Source of the DNA: Promethearchaeota archaeon
GTDB taxonomy: Archaea > Asgardarchaeota > Hermodarchaeia > Hermodarchaeales > Hermodarchaeaceae
Assembly (NCBI GenBank): GCA_048938385.1
Contig: JBHLMG010000029.1
Span: 1-19,057 of the forward strand
Length of the DNA stretch: 19,057 bases
Reading direction: 5' to 3'
Shown here in pieces: positions 1 through 8,037 of this stretch (its first letter is position 1; the number at the start of each line of letters is the position of its first letter). The notes under the pieces are model-generated. The model saw nothing but the letters and a program-made list of their open reading frames with translations. It did not search any database and was not told the DNA's origin. The position numbers were made by a program, and so were the translations under genes.

Positions 1-38
1 ACCACACCCCCCGAACCACACCCCCCGAACCACACCCC
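1..38. repeat. 14-bp tandem repeat ACCACACCCCCCGA (~2.7 copies, may continue beyond window edge)
   Basis: Sequence reads accacaccccccga accacaccccccga accacacccc, then degenerates into C/A-rich sequence to ~100. Confidence 0.85.
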
Positions 39-78
39 AAACCGAACACTCACACCCTCCACACATCACCACAACCAC

Positions 79-109
79 AAAACCCACCCCCCAACACCAA
101 GGGGATGGG
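79..109 (-). terminator. Terminator-like GC-rich hairpin followed by U-tract
   Basis: Minus strand reads CCCAUCCCCU-UGGUGUU-GGGGGGUGGG-UUUU: 10-bp stem (two G-U pairs) plus U4, ~70 nt downstream of the stop of the 178..369 gene. Confidence 0.4.
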
Positions 110-134
110 GGAGGGCGCTGGGAGGGGGAAGGGG
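101..134 (+). other. Canonical G-quadruplex-forming motif
   Basis: GGGG-AT-GGGGG-A-GGG-CGCT-GGG-A-GGGGG-AA-GGGG: six runs of >=3 G with 1-4 nt loops. Confidence 0.7.
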
Positions 135-177
135 AAGAACAGATGGACGATAGTCAGAAGATCGCATCTTTGCGGAA

Positions 178-369
178 TTAAACCTGATCTTGCTGGTGGA
201 AGTAAAGAGCAAGGATTGTGGTCACGATGCCAGCTATGAAACAGCTGACACCAATACTCAGTGTAATAATGGGTGATAGGGGAAAGGATTGCCCAAGAAA
301 AAGGATTACAGATCCTGCGATGATAAACAGGACTGCAACATAAACGAGAGTTGTTGTACGAGAGGGCAT
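178..369 (-). CDS. Small two-TM membrane protein, 63 aa, unknown function
   Basis: ATG preceded by AGGAG. Starts 14 nt after the aminotransferase stop. Two hydrophobic helices (LVYVAVLFIIAGSVILFLG; IITLSIGVSCFIAGIVTTILALYF). Confidence 0.7.
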   Translation of the reverse strand: MPSRTTTLVYVAVLFIIAGSVILFLGQSFPLSPIITLSIGVSCFIAGIVTTILALYFHQQDQV

Positions 370-383
370 AGAATCTCCTATGT

Positions 384-1718
384 TTATTTGACGGCTTTTC
401 CGAAGCGTTCAAGGCAGATATCAATTTGCTCCGCTGTGATGTTTAGGGGTGCTAGGAAGCGTATAGAGCTGCGCCCACTGCCAATGATCCAAAGTTTTTC
501 TTTGTTCACACAGTTTTGAATGATTTGTTCTCGGCGTTTAGGATCATAGGAATTCGATTCACGGTCTGAGACAATTTCTACAGCACACATCAATCCGCGT
601 CCGCGGACATCACCGATAATCTTGGATTTACTTTGGATGTCTCGGAGTCCTTTAAGAAGTTGTTCGCCACGGTGTTGGGCGTTTTCGATGAGACCATCCC
701 GTTCGATGGTCCGGAGAACCGCCAGAGAGAGAAGAGCTATGTAGGGTTCAGCGCCGAAAGTCTCGGAGTGGCGACTGTAATCAGTGAACAGGGGTTTGGG
801 GCCGATACATGCTCCGAAGGGGAATCCCCCACCAAGCGATTTCGCAGTAGTTATGTAATCAGGTACGATGTCACCATGTTCGATGCCCCACCAGCGTCCT
901 GTACGACCAAGTCCGGCTTGGACCTCATCAGAGACAAGTTTTGTATCGAGCTCGTTAGCCAGTTTTCGCAGACCTTTGAGAAATTTGCTTGGCGCGGGGA
1001 TAATGCCGCCCTCACCACATATTGGTTCGACAACGATCCCTGCGATATCGGTGCCTTCGTATTGGATACTATCACGAAGGTATTCAAGGCATTCGAGAGA
1101 ACATTCAGCTTCGTGTTGTCCGAAAGGGCAACGGAAGCAGTACGGATAGGGTCCTCGGATGACATCTAGCCCTTGAGGATAAAAGTTCCTTTGTACATGT
1201 TTGCTTGCTGTAAGCGCGAGTGTGTAACCAGTTCGCCCATGAAACGCCGGGCGAAATGCGACGAAGCGAAAACGATGAGTAGTATCCATTAATGATTTCA
1301 CGGCAGCCTCAACGGCTCGTCCTCCGCTTGTGGTAAAAAACACTTCCTTCTCAAAGTCCCCAGGTGCGATCCCGGTTAGCCTTTCCGCTAATAGAGTTTG
1401 AGGAATAACATCAAAGTCTTGGCCAGGCACCTCGCGAAGGTACCCATGTATTCGCTCTTCAAAATCACGGATAGCTGGATGGCGGAATCCAAGGGCTCGA
1501 ACCGCAACCCCCGCAGTCATGTCTAGGTATTGATTTCCCTTCAGGTCGTAAATCCATGGTCCTTCGCCTTGTGTGTGATCAACTACAGGGTAGATATCGC
1601 GAGACTGAGTTGTTTTGGCAAGGACTTGCTCGGATCGTGCAATCCATTCTTTGTTATTCTTTGTAATCGTTGAGTTAGGACACAATTCTTTAAGCAATTC
1701 TTCTGCATCGCGTTTCAT
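384..1718 (-). CDS. Class III PLP-dependent aminotransferase (ornithine/GABA/acetylornithine aminotransferase-like)
   Basis: Motifs GEGPWIYDLKGNQYLD, AFHGRT, VVEPICGEGG, DEVQAGLGRTG, TTAKSLGGG (PLP lysine), DVRGRGLM. Start placed at ATG 1718 (GTGGTGG RBS) because ATG 1760 is too close to the TATA-like box. Confidence 0.93.
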   Translation of the reverse strand: MKRDAEELLKELCPNSTITKNNKEWIARSEQVLAKTTQSRDIYPVVDHTQGEGPWIYDLKGNQYLDMTAGVAVRALGFRHPAIRDFEERIHGYLREVPGQDFDVIPQTLLAERLTGIAPGDFEKEVFFTTSGGRAVEAAVKSLMDTTHRFRFVAFRPAFHGRTGYTLALTASKHVQRNFYPQGLDVIRGPYPYCFRCPFGQHEAECSLECLEYLRDSIQYEGTDIAGIVVEPICGEGGIIPAPSKFLKGLRKLANELDTKLVSDEVQAGLGRTGRWWGIEHGDIVPDYITTAKSLGGGFPFGACIGPKPLFTDYSRHSETFGAEPYIALLSLAVLRTIERDGLIENAQHRGEQLLKGLRDIQSKSKIIGDVRGRGLMCAVEIVSDRESNSYDPKRREQIIQNCVNKEKLWIIGSGRSSIRFLAPLNITAEQIDICLERFGKAVK

Positions 1719-1767
1719 ACTCGTGTAACCACCACTGCGTAATGATTGTAGAGGAAACATCTCAGTC

Positions 1768-1816
1768 TATTTAAGGTGAACCCTTATCACCTACATCGAT
1801 TGTGGTGAGGTTTATA
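1768..1816. promoter_or_regulatory. Divergent archaeal promoter pair with intervening imperfect palindrome
   Basis: Minus-strand CCTTAAATA (~1768-1776) faces the aminotransferase. Plus-strand TTTATA (1811-1816) lies 26 nt before the UbiA ATG, suggesting a leaderless mRNA. TCACCtacATCGATtgtGGTGA (1787-1808) lies between them. Confidence 0.55.
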
Positions 1817-1842
1817 CAAGGATAGATTGCAGAATAGATATC

Positions 1843-3327
1843 ATGCGAATTTCCATACGCTTTGACCAGATTCTCTTCTTCACAACGGGACTGCTACTCC
1901 TGATTGTCGGTATGGTATTCGAATTCTTACTTGCAACTATCCTTCCTGATTTCCTGATGACGGCCCTGTTTGAGCAAGGATGGCTCTTAATTCTAATATG
2001 CGTATTCTTTGCTAGTGGAGCGATACTACTTCGTCGCGCGATACTAGGTAATTGGTGGTACGGATACGATTACATCATTTTTATTATTGCGGGTATCATC
2101 TTTATCGCTAGTTCCTTGATGACTGTGTTCAGGCTTCAGACTGGTCATCCCTACTTAGATCTCGCAATTGTAAATCCACTCTTGATGATTTTTTTGTGGA
2201 TCTTCATTCTCCCCCCCATTAATCCCTCTGTAACTTTTGGATTCGCCTTGTTTTTCTTTTTCCTCGCATTGATTTTTTATTTACCCCACCGTTGGAATAC
2301 TATCACTTATCGAAATACAACGATTCCAATAGACAGTCCACCAGTAAATCGATGGCAGATCCTTATCAGAATCACCCGAGTCAATGTCTGGCTCGGCTCC
2401 CTATTTCTCATAATTATCGCGTTCCTAATTTTAGGTGGATCCCCCTTGAGTTCAACGCCCCTACCACTCTATGATATCGGGAAGTGGATTAGACTTCTGA
2501 TCGCACTTACAGCCACAGCGTTATTCAACTCATGCGTTTTCATTCTTAACCAGCTTGGCGATATAGACACAGATCGCCATCACGAGATGAAGTCACAGTT
2601 ACCTCTTAGTGCCGGACTAATAAGTCAACGCCAAGGACTCTTCCTTGTAATTGTTCTCATGGTAGTGGGGATTCTTCTCTCTTTAATCGTAGGACTCCAT
2701 TATTTGTTATTGTTAACTCTAACCATCCTTTTCGCGGTCATCTATTCCCTGCCTCCAATTCGGTTAAAAAACCGGCCTTTTCTCGATTTAATTATCATTG
2801 GGTTAGCCTTTGGTTCTTGGGCTATTCTCGCAGCATGGACTGTGTTACACTTTAGACCTGAACTGCCTTTTCTTCTCCTCATCGGACCAGGAGTGTTTTA
2901 TGCTGGTACTCACGGAATTCACACAGCTTCAGATTACCCAGCAGATATTGAAGCCGGCCTTAGGACCACCGCAATATTTCTTGGTCCAAAAAGAGCAGCT
3001 AAATTTGGAATTACCCTCATAGCAATCGGTTTATTACTGTTATACACTGCGGTTGGATTCCATACTCATATCTTCTGGTATGGATTGCTAAAATACAAAA
3101 GCATATTTCTGTTAATTTTTAGTGGCCTCCCAGTATTTGCGCTTCTATACGAATATCGAAGTTGGCAGAAATCTGAGACAGAACAAGAAGTGGGAATCCA
3201 GAGGGTTCAGATCCAAGCCCGTTGGGTGAGCTATTTACTCTTCTTGATCTTACTCATTTATCTCGTGTTGTATGCGTTTATTTTTTACCCAATATACTAT
3301 CCAAACTACGAGTTCCCTTGGAGCTAG
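1843..3327 (+). CDS. UbiA-family prenyltransferase with extra N-terminal multi-TM region
   Basis: NQLGDIDTD (NxxxDxxxD), YSLPPIRLKNRPFLD and second acidic motif DYPADIEAGLRTTA. 494 aa versus ~300 typical; first ~150 aa are additional hydrophobic helices. Confidence 0.88.
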   Translation: MRISIRFDQILFFTTGLLLLIVGMVFEFLLATILPDFLMTALFEQGWLLILICVFFASGAILLRRAILGNWWYGYDYIIFIIAGIIFIASSLMTVFRLQTGHPYLDLAIVNPLLMIFLWIFILPPINPSVTFGFALFFFFLALIFYLPHRWNTITYRNTTIPIDSPPVNRWQILIRITRVNVWLGSLFLIIIAFLILGGSPLSSTPLPLYDIGKWIRLLIALTATALFNSCVFILNQLGDIDTDRHHEMKSQLPLSAGLISQRQGLFLVIVLMVVGILLSLIVGLHYLLLLTLTILFAVIYSLPPIRLKNRPFLDLIIIGLAFGSWAILAAWTVLHFRPELPFLLLIGPGVFYAGTHGIHTASDYPADIEAGLRTTAIFLGPKRAAKFGITLIAIGLLLLYTAVGFHTHIFWYGLLKYKSIFLLIFSGLPVFALLYEYRSWQKSETEQEVGIQRVQIQARWVSYLLFLILLIYLVLYAFIFYPIYYPNYEFPWS

Positions 3328-3359
3328 GGGCTGAGCTAGACATATTCAAATAAGGCACT

Positions 3360-3392
3360 TCCCAATGATAGCTTACACTGCTATGGTTGGGA
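3360..3392 (+). promoter_or_regulatory. Intergenic stem-loop / inverted repeat
   Basis: TCCCAA-TG-ATAGC-TTACACT-GCTAT-GG-TTGGGA: 13-position stem with one G-U and one mismatch, 7-nt loop. Confidence 0.55.
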
Positions 3393-3420
3393 CAATGTAC
3401 AAGATTGGTGGATTCATAAA

Positions 3421-4671
3421 GTGGAAGCGATAAGTTCTGGGATTGGGGAAGTAGATCGAATGCTGGGAGGATACCTTGTCCGTGGCAAGGTTTACTTACT
3501 AGAAGCAGACAATGGTACTCAACCCCAAGGGATAATTCTTCCTTTCATTGATAATGGATTGAAAACAAACGAGCTTGTGATTTTCGCCTGCAACGAGCGC
3601 CCTGCTGAAGAAGTCTTAGACCAATTACGTGAGTATAAGATTGAAGTCGATACAGCGATCGCTAATAAACAATTACTTCTCCTAGATTTATGGTCAGAGG
3701 GAGAAATTGAAGCCCCTGGAATCATTAGCGTCGGGAATCCAGCCGACCCCCATAAGGTGATGTACTCTTATCAGCGGGTGTATCAGTTTGCAATGAGGCG
3801 GGAGCCAAAGATTCCCTTTCGCATTGTGACTGATTCACTTTCCGGATCGGTGATGACCTTCGGTTTCGAACGAGCCTATCGACTTGCCTCACGAGTCACT
3901 CGGTTGATGAAACTCGGACATAGCGTAGGGTTAGCTGTCGTAGTACCAAGGATGCACGAAAGGTTTGTATCTGAAAGCTTTGAACGATTACATGATGGTG
4001 TGATTCAACTCATTCTCGTAGAAGAAACAGACCGTGTACAACGCTATATCCGTGTGTTAAAATCACCACTCCCCAGATTTCAAGGTCAACGAACCCCTTA
4101 TGAACTTACCACCAAAGGTATTGAAACGAGTTTGGACTTAATTGATACGCCTCCAGAAGTTCGCGTCCATCTAAGCATGGTGAAACAAGGCGTGCTGCAA
4201 TTTCTTGAAGAGCGAGTTGTAATCACGCCCTTTTCAGTTCTTAACACAATACTTCGAAATTTAGCTATGTCTTTTGAACTCGAAACATTGATTCCCGTGT
4301 TGACATCAGCAGCACAAGAAGCCCTTCATCAGGTGGTTGCCAATCTACTAGAACCGTTCAAAGGGCAGGAACCACATGACAAAATAGGAGGTTTCTTGAA
4401 ACTCATGGGATTCATTGGTTTGGGTAGAATGCAAGTATCCTATGATGAAGATGACGAAGAATTTAACATTATTTTAGAGGATTCGCCATTTTATCTCTCC
4501 TTAGGTAATCTGGGCATCGCTGTAGATTTCGTCCATTCAGCGATATTATCAAATTTATTTGAGGCTGTTTTTCAAACCCCCTACATCGCAGAAGAAATTT
4601 TATGCATGGGAAATGGTGATCCTAACTGCGAATTTCGCGTATATCCTGCAAAGAAGTCTAGCCACAGTTAA
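3421..4671 (+). CDS. KaiC/RAD55-like RecA-fold domain (degenerate active site) fused to C-terminal V4R domain
   Basis: SSGIGEVDRMLGG-like KaiC N-terminus and Walker B region RIVTDSLS. Walker A position reads ADNGTQPQ. C-terminal V4R signature EEILCMGNGDPNCEF is preceded by a XylR_N-like GVLQFLEERVVI. GTG start with GGTGG RBS. Confidence 0.85.
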   Translation: MEAISSGIGEVDRMLGGYLVRGKVYLLEADNGTQPQGIILPFIDNGLKTNELVIFACNERPAEEVLDQLREYKIEVDTAIANKQLLLLDLWSEGEIEAPGIISVGNPADPHKVMYSYQRVYQFAMRREPKIPFRIVTDSLSGSVMTFGFERAYRLASRVTRLMKLGHSVGLAVVVPRMHERFVSESFERLHDGVIQLILVEETDRVQRYIRVLKSPLPRFQGQRTPYELTTKGIETSLDLIDTPPEVRVHLSMVKQGVLQFLEERVVITPFSVLNTILRNLAMSFELETLIPVLTSAAQEALHQVVANLLEPFKGQEPHDKIGGFLKLMGFIGLGRMQVSYDEDDEEFNIILEDSPFYLSLGNLGIAVDFVHSAILSNLFEAVFQTPYIAEEILCMGNGDPNCEFRVYPAKKSSHS

Positions 4672-4734
4672 GCAATTGTTGCATTTCTTACCAAACCTTT
4701 TTTTCATTGAACCCTAGTTGGTGACCCAAGAGGC

Positions 4735-5394
4735 GTGTTTGTGTCACATCGCGGTATAATTGCCTTCGACCTAGATGGAACCCTAGCACACATAGGGAGT
4801 GCTTGGAGCTGGATTCACCGTTTGTTAGGAACGCTCGATGCAGCCAAAACTTACGCAGACCAATATTTTGCAGGTGAAATTAATTATGCCCGCTGGGCAG
4901 AATTAGATGTTGCCTTATGGCATGGTGTGCCCTTGACGCGAATTCAGGAGGCAATTCAACAAGGACTTGAGTTTCTTCCCAACGCTAAAGAGCTGATAAT
5001 CACCCTACGAGAATATGGATTTAAGACCGTCATTATCAGCTCAGGGCTAGAAGTCTTTGCGATACATGCGAAAAACCAATTACAAGTTGATTTCACCTTC
5101 GCAAATAAATTGTTGACTGATAGTAATGGTAAGATTTGTGGTGTTGAGGTCCAAGTTGCCTTTGAAAATAAAGGGAAGGTTTTACAAGATGTTGCAGAAC
5201 ACCTAGGTGTTTCAATGCAACAATGTGCTGCAATTGGCGATTCCCTAAATGATATCTCAATGTTTCATAGCGCAGGACTTTCTATCGCCTTCAATCCTAA
5301 CCATGATGAAGTTTTAGCTGCTGCCACTGAAGTTGTTCGGAGTAAAGATGCACTTGACTTGCTTCCGCCTATAAAACGATACTTTGGACTTTGA
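4735..5394 (+). CDS. HAD-IB family phosphatase, phosphoserine phosphatase (SerB)-like
   Basis: Motif I AFDLDGTL, motif II IISSG, motif III K (NKG), motif IV GDSLND. Start may be GTG 4741 (GAGG upstream). Confidence 0.88.
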   Translation: MFVSHRGIIAFDLDGTLAHIGSAWSWIHRLLGTLDAAKTYADQYFAGEINYARWAELDVALWHGVPLTRIQEAIQQGLEFLPNAKELIITLREYGFKTVIISSGLEVFAIHAKNQLQVDFTFANKLLTDSNGKICGVEVQVAFENKGKVLQDVAEHLGVSMQQCAAIGDSLNDISMFHSAGLSIAFNPNHDEVLAAATEVVRSKDALDLLPPIKRYFGL

Positions 5395-5506
5395 ATAGTC
5401 AAATTCTGAAGATACGCAATACGCTAGACTTTAATGTCTGAATGGTGCGGTAAACAGAATCATCCCTTACCGGGGTGGAATCCGAACTGAATGGGAGCGA
5501 ATTTGG

Positions 5507-7261
5507 ATGAGTCAGCGTACGCTAATTGATGCTAGTATGGGTCGCATCAAAGCCGATTTAGTCATTAAGGATGTCCAACCGATAGATGTGATTTCACGTG
5601 AAATCTTAGAAGGCGGTATTGCTGTTAAAGAGGGCCATATTTGCCGTATCGGTGATGTAGATGACCTCATCGGAAGTAAGACCCAGGTAATTAAAGGTGG
5701 GGGTCGATTTGCCACACCTGCCTTCATTGAATCCCACATTCATGTTGAGAGTACCATGTTAACATTAACTGAGTTCGCTCGAGCTGTAATTCCCCATGGT
5801 ACAGGAACCGCTATTATTGACCCCCATGAAATCGCCAATGTTACTGGAATCCGAGGTTTAGAGATCTTCATGGAAGAAGCCCGGGACTTGCCTATTCGAA
5901 TCTTAATGGAAGTACCTAGTTGTGTTCCTGCCGCTTCACCTGACCTGGAAACCACTGGCGCACGTCTTGACGCCTTCACTGTCGATCGCCTAATGCAAGA
6001 TCCTTCAATAATTGGCTTAGGCGAGGTAATGAACATCCCCGCCGTCTTGAACAATGACGAAGAGATCCACCTTAAAATCCAGTTTGCCCGCAGCCAAGGC
6101 AAGGTCGTCGATGGGCATGCACCGGGGTTGATGGGAAAGAAACTCAACGCTTACATCGCTGCAGGAATCATGTCAGACCATGAATGCGAAACAGCCGAAG
6201 AAGCGGTGGAACGCTTAAGAATGGGCATGACCGTGATGGCCCGAGAAGGCTCTATTGTGCGAAACATGCTCGACATCCTCATGCCTTTATACAAAGAAGG
6301 TCGAGACCTGCGTCGCTGCACTATTTGCTCCGACGACCTCTCTCCTGTTGAGCTCGCTGATGTAGGTCACTTAGACCGAAGTCTCCGCCGTGCAATCGAT
6401 GCGGGTGTAGATCCAATAGTTGCAATTCAACTTGTAACCTCGAACCCTGCTCAATTCTTCAATCTTCCACGTGTAGGCCATCTAGCCCCTGGCAATGTGG
6501 CTGACATTGTCCTTCTCGATAACTTGCAAAAGGTCAATGTAGATATCGTAATTCATCGTGGTCAGGTGGTTGCGAAGAATGGGCGATTAACAACAAAACT
6601 TCGCCATTTTGAATATCCTCCCGACATGAAGACTACGATTCGTTTTGGCGCCATCCCCACGGTTTTAAACTATATGATTCCCGCCTCTGATGGAAAGCAT
6701 AGAGCGAGAGTAATTGTGGCAAAGGAGGGAACCCTTCTCACGGACTCTGAAGAACACATCCTCGAGGCAAAAGACGATCACATTCTAACCGATACTGAAA
6801 AAGACATTCTTACCATCGCAGTTACAGAACGATACATGAAGGGGGGTAACATTGGAGTAGGTTTGATTCGAGGATTCGGATTCAAAGAGGGAGCTATAGC
6901 CAGTAGTATCGCCCACGATAGTCATAACATAATTACAGTCGCGACTAGCCCAGAAGATGCCCTAATGGCAGTAAGTGCCGTTTCTCAAAGTAACGGAGGC
7001 CTTGCCACAGTCGTAGGACGAAAGATCCTCGCAACTTTACCCCTACCAATTGCTGGAGTGATTACTGATGAACCAGTGGCTAAAGTATCTGAAAGACTTC
7101 AAGCCGTTCGTGAATCAGCACATGATCTAGGTTGTCAGTTGGAACATCCTTTTTTGACAATGAGCTTCATGGCTTTACCAGTGATTCCTAAACTAAAAAT
7201 TACAGACAAAGGTCTTGTGAATGCTAGCGAGATGAAAATCGTACCTACCCTTCTTAGTTAG
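5507..7261 (+). CDS. ade: Adenine deaminase (amidohydrolase superfamily)
   Basis: HIHVES, DPHEIANV, GLGEVMN, DGHAP, DHE, REGS, SDD, AHDSHN, C-terminal LPVIPKLKITDKGL. 584 aa, GGGAG RBS. Confidence 0.95.
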   Translation: MSQRTLIDASMGRIKADLVIKDVQPIDVISREILEGGIAVKEGHICRIGDVDDLIGSKTQVIKGGGRFATPAFIESHIHVESTMLTLTEFARAVIPHGTGTAIIDPHEIANVTGIRGLEIFMEEARDLPIRILMEVPSCVPAASPDLETTGARLDAFTVDRLMQDPSIIGLGEVMNIPAVLNNDEEIHLKIQFARSQGKVVDGHAPGLMGKKLNAYIAAGIMSDHECETAEEAVERLRMGMTVMAREGSIVRNMLDILMPLYKEGRDLRRCTICSDDLSPVELADVGHLDRSLRRAIDAGVDPIVAIQLVTSNPAQFFNLPRVGHLAPGNVADIVLLDNLQKVNVDIVIHRGQVVAKNGRLTTKLRHFEYPPDMKTTIRFGAIPTVLNYMIPASDGKHRARVIVAKEGTLLTDSEEHILEAKDDHILTDTEKDILTIAVTERYMKGGNIGVGLIRGFGFKEGAIASSIAHDSHNIITVATSPEDALMAVSAVSQSNGGLATVVGRKILATLPLPIAGVITDEPVAKVSERLQAVRESAHDLGCQLEHPFLTMSFMALPVIPKLKITDKGLVNASEMKIVPTLLS

Positions 7262-7371
7262 CTTAACCGGAAATTCCCTGAAACTAAAACAGATTGTTAG
7301 AATTTTGACCAACTGCAAACCCTTTTTAGGTTCAATTCAGTAACAGCCAGTAGAGCGGAGGACACATCGAA

Positions 7372-8037
7372 ATGTCTGTGACTCTTATACTTGCTAATCT
7401 AGCACCCTTATTCCTTAGCATAGGATCGATTGCAGCCTTTGCCTGGTTCCTTGATGCCCTAATGGGTCCTACCTATCGAACGAGTAACAGTAATAATGAT
7501 GAAGAATCAGAAAAGGAGAATAAACCAGCCATTAGCTGGCGACGTGGCATCGTCCGCCTAATTGGATTGCTTGGAATTCCAATGGGTATTTTGTGTTTTG
7601 CTTCCCTTGCGTCAATACTCCTAACGCCATTTCATCCTTTTGGAGACCTTCTTACCCTCTTTCTACTCGCCTGGACAGGTATCGCTCTCTTTCTCACCCC
7701 AATAAACAAACTACCTTGGGCAGCGCTCATTGGATTAGTGGCGGCCATTATTGCGGTAATCGCTGTAACTTTAACCGCACCAGTGATTCCTGAATTCATC
7801 ACTACATACATACCCCTCAAATACATCCTCATCGCCGTTTTTCTCATTGTAGGGATACTTGTATTTTCACTATTTAGATGGGCTGAAAATCTTTTAGATC
7901 TGGCTACAGGTATCCTAGGTTCTCGTCCAATGCTCCTAATTCTCACCTTTATTGGACTCGCTCAAGCAATAGCCCTTCCCATCGTGTTCATCCTCTTTGG
8001 TGGTGGCGGAGGAATTCTTTGGTTCTTCATCCATTAA
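7372..8037 (+). CDS. Hypothetical multi-pass membrane protein (~6 TM)
   Basis: GGAGG RBS and upstream AAACCCTTTTTA promoter-like element. Hydrophobic helices with one polar loop (TSNSNNDEESEKENK). No family recognised. Confidence 0.8.
   Translation: MSVTLILANLAPLFLSIGSIAAFAWFLDALMGPTYRTSNSNNDEESEKENKPAISWRRGIVRLIGLLGIPMGILCFASLASILLTPFHPFGDLLTLFLLAWTGIALFLTPINKLPWAALIGLVAAIIAVIAVTLTAPVIPEFITTYIPLKYILIAVFLIVGILVFSLFRWAENLLDLATGILGSRPMLLILTFIGLAQAIALPIVFILFGGGGGILWFFIH

Noticed and set aside
1-100. CRISPR array or telomere
   Set aside because: The 14-bp units are directly adjacent with no spacers and no cas genes. There are under three copies and no evidence of a linear end.
50-424. 124-aa minus-strand ORF, plus the 289..519 plus-strand ORF
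   Set aside because: They overlap the better-supported 63-aa gene and the aminotransferase. The longer one runs into the low-complexity tract.
3360-3392. SECIS element (hairpin contains AUGA)
   Set aside because: The opposing strand has GG rather than GA, the upper stem is only 4-5 bp, and no neighbouring gene shows an in-frame UGA needing recoding.
3421-4671. Circadian clock KaiC or RadA/RadB recombinase
   Set aside because: Single RecA-fold domain with degenerate Walker A, fused to V4R, and no kaiA/kaiB in the window.
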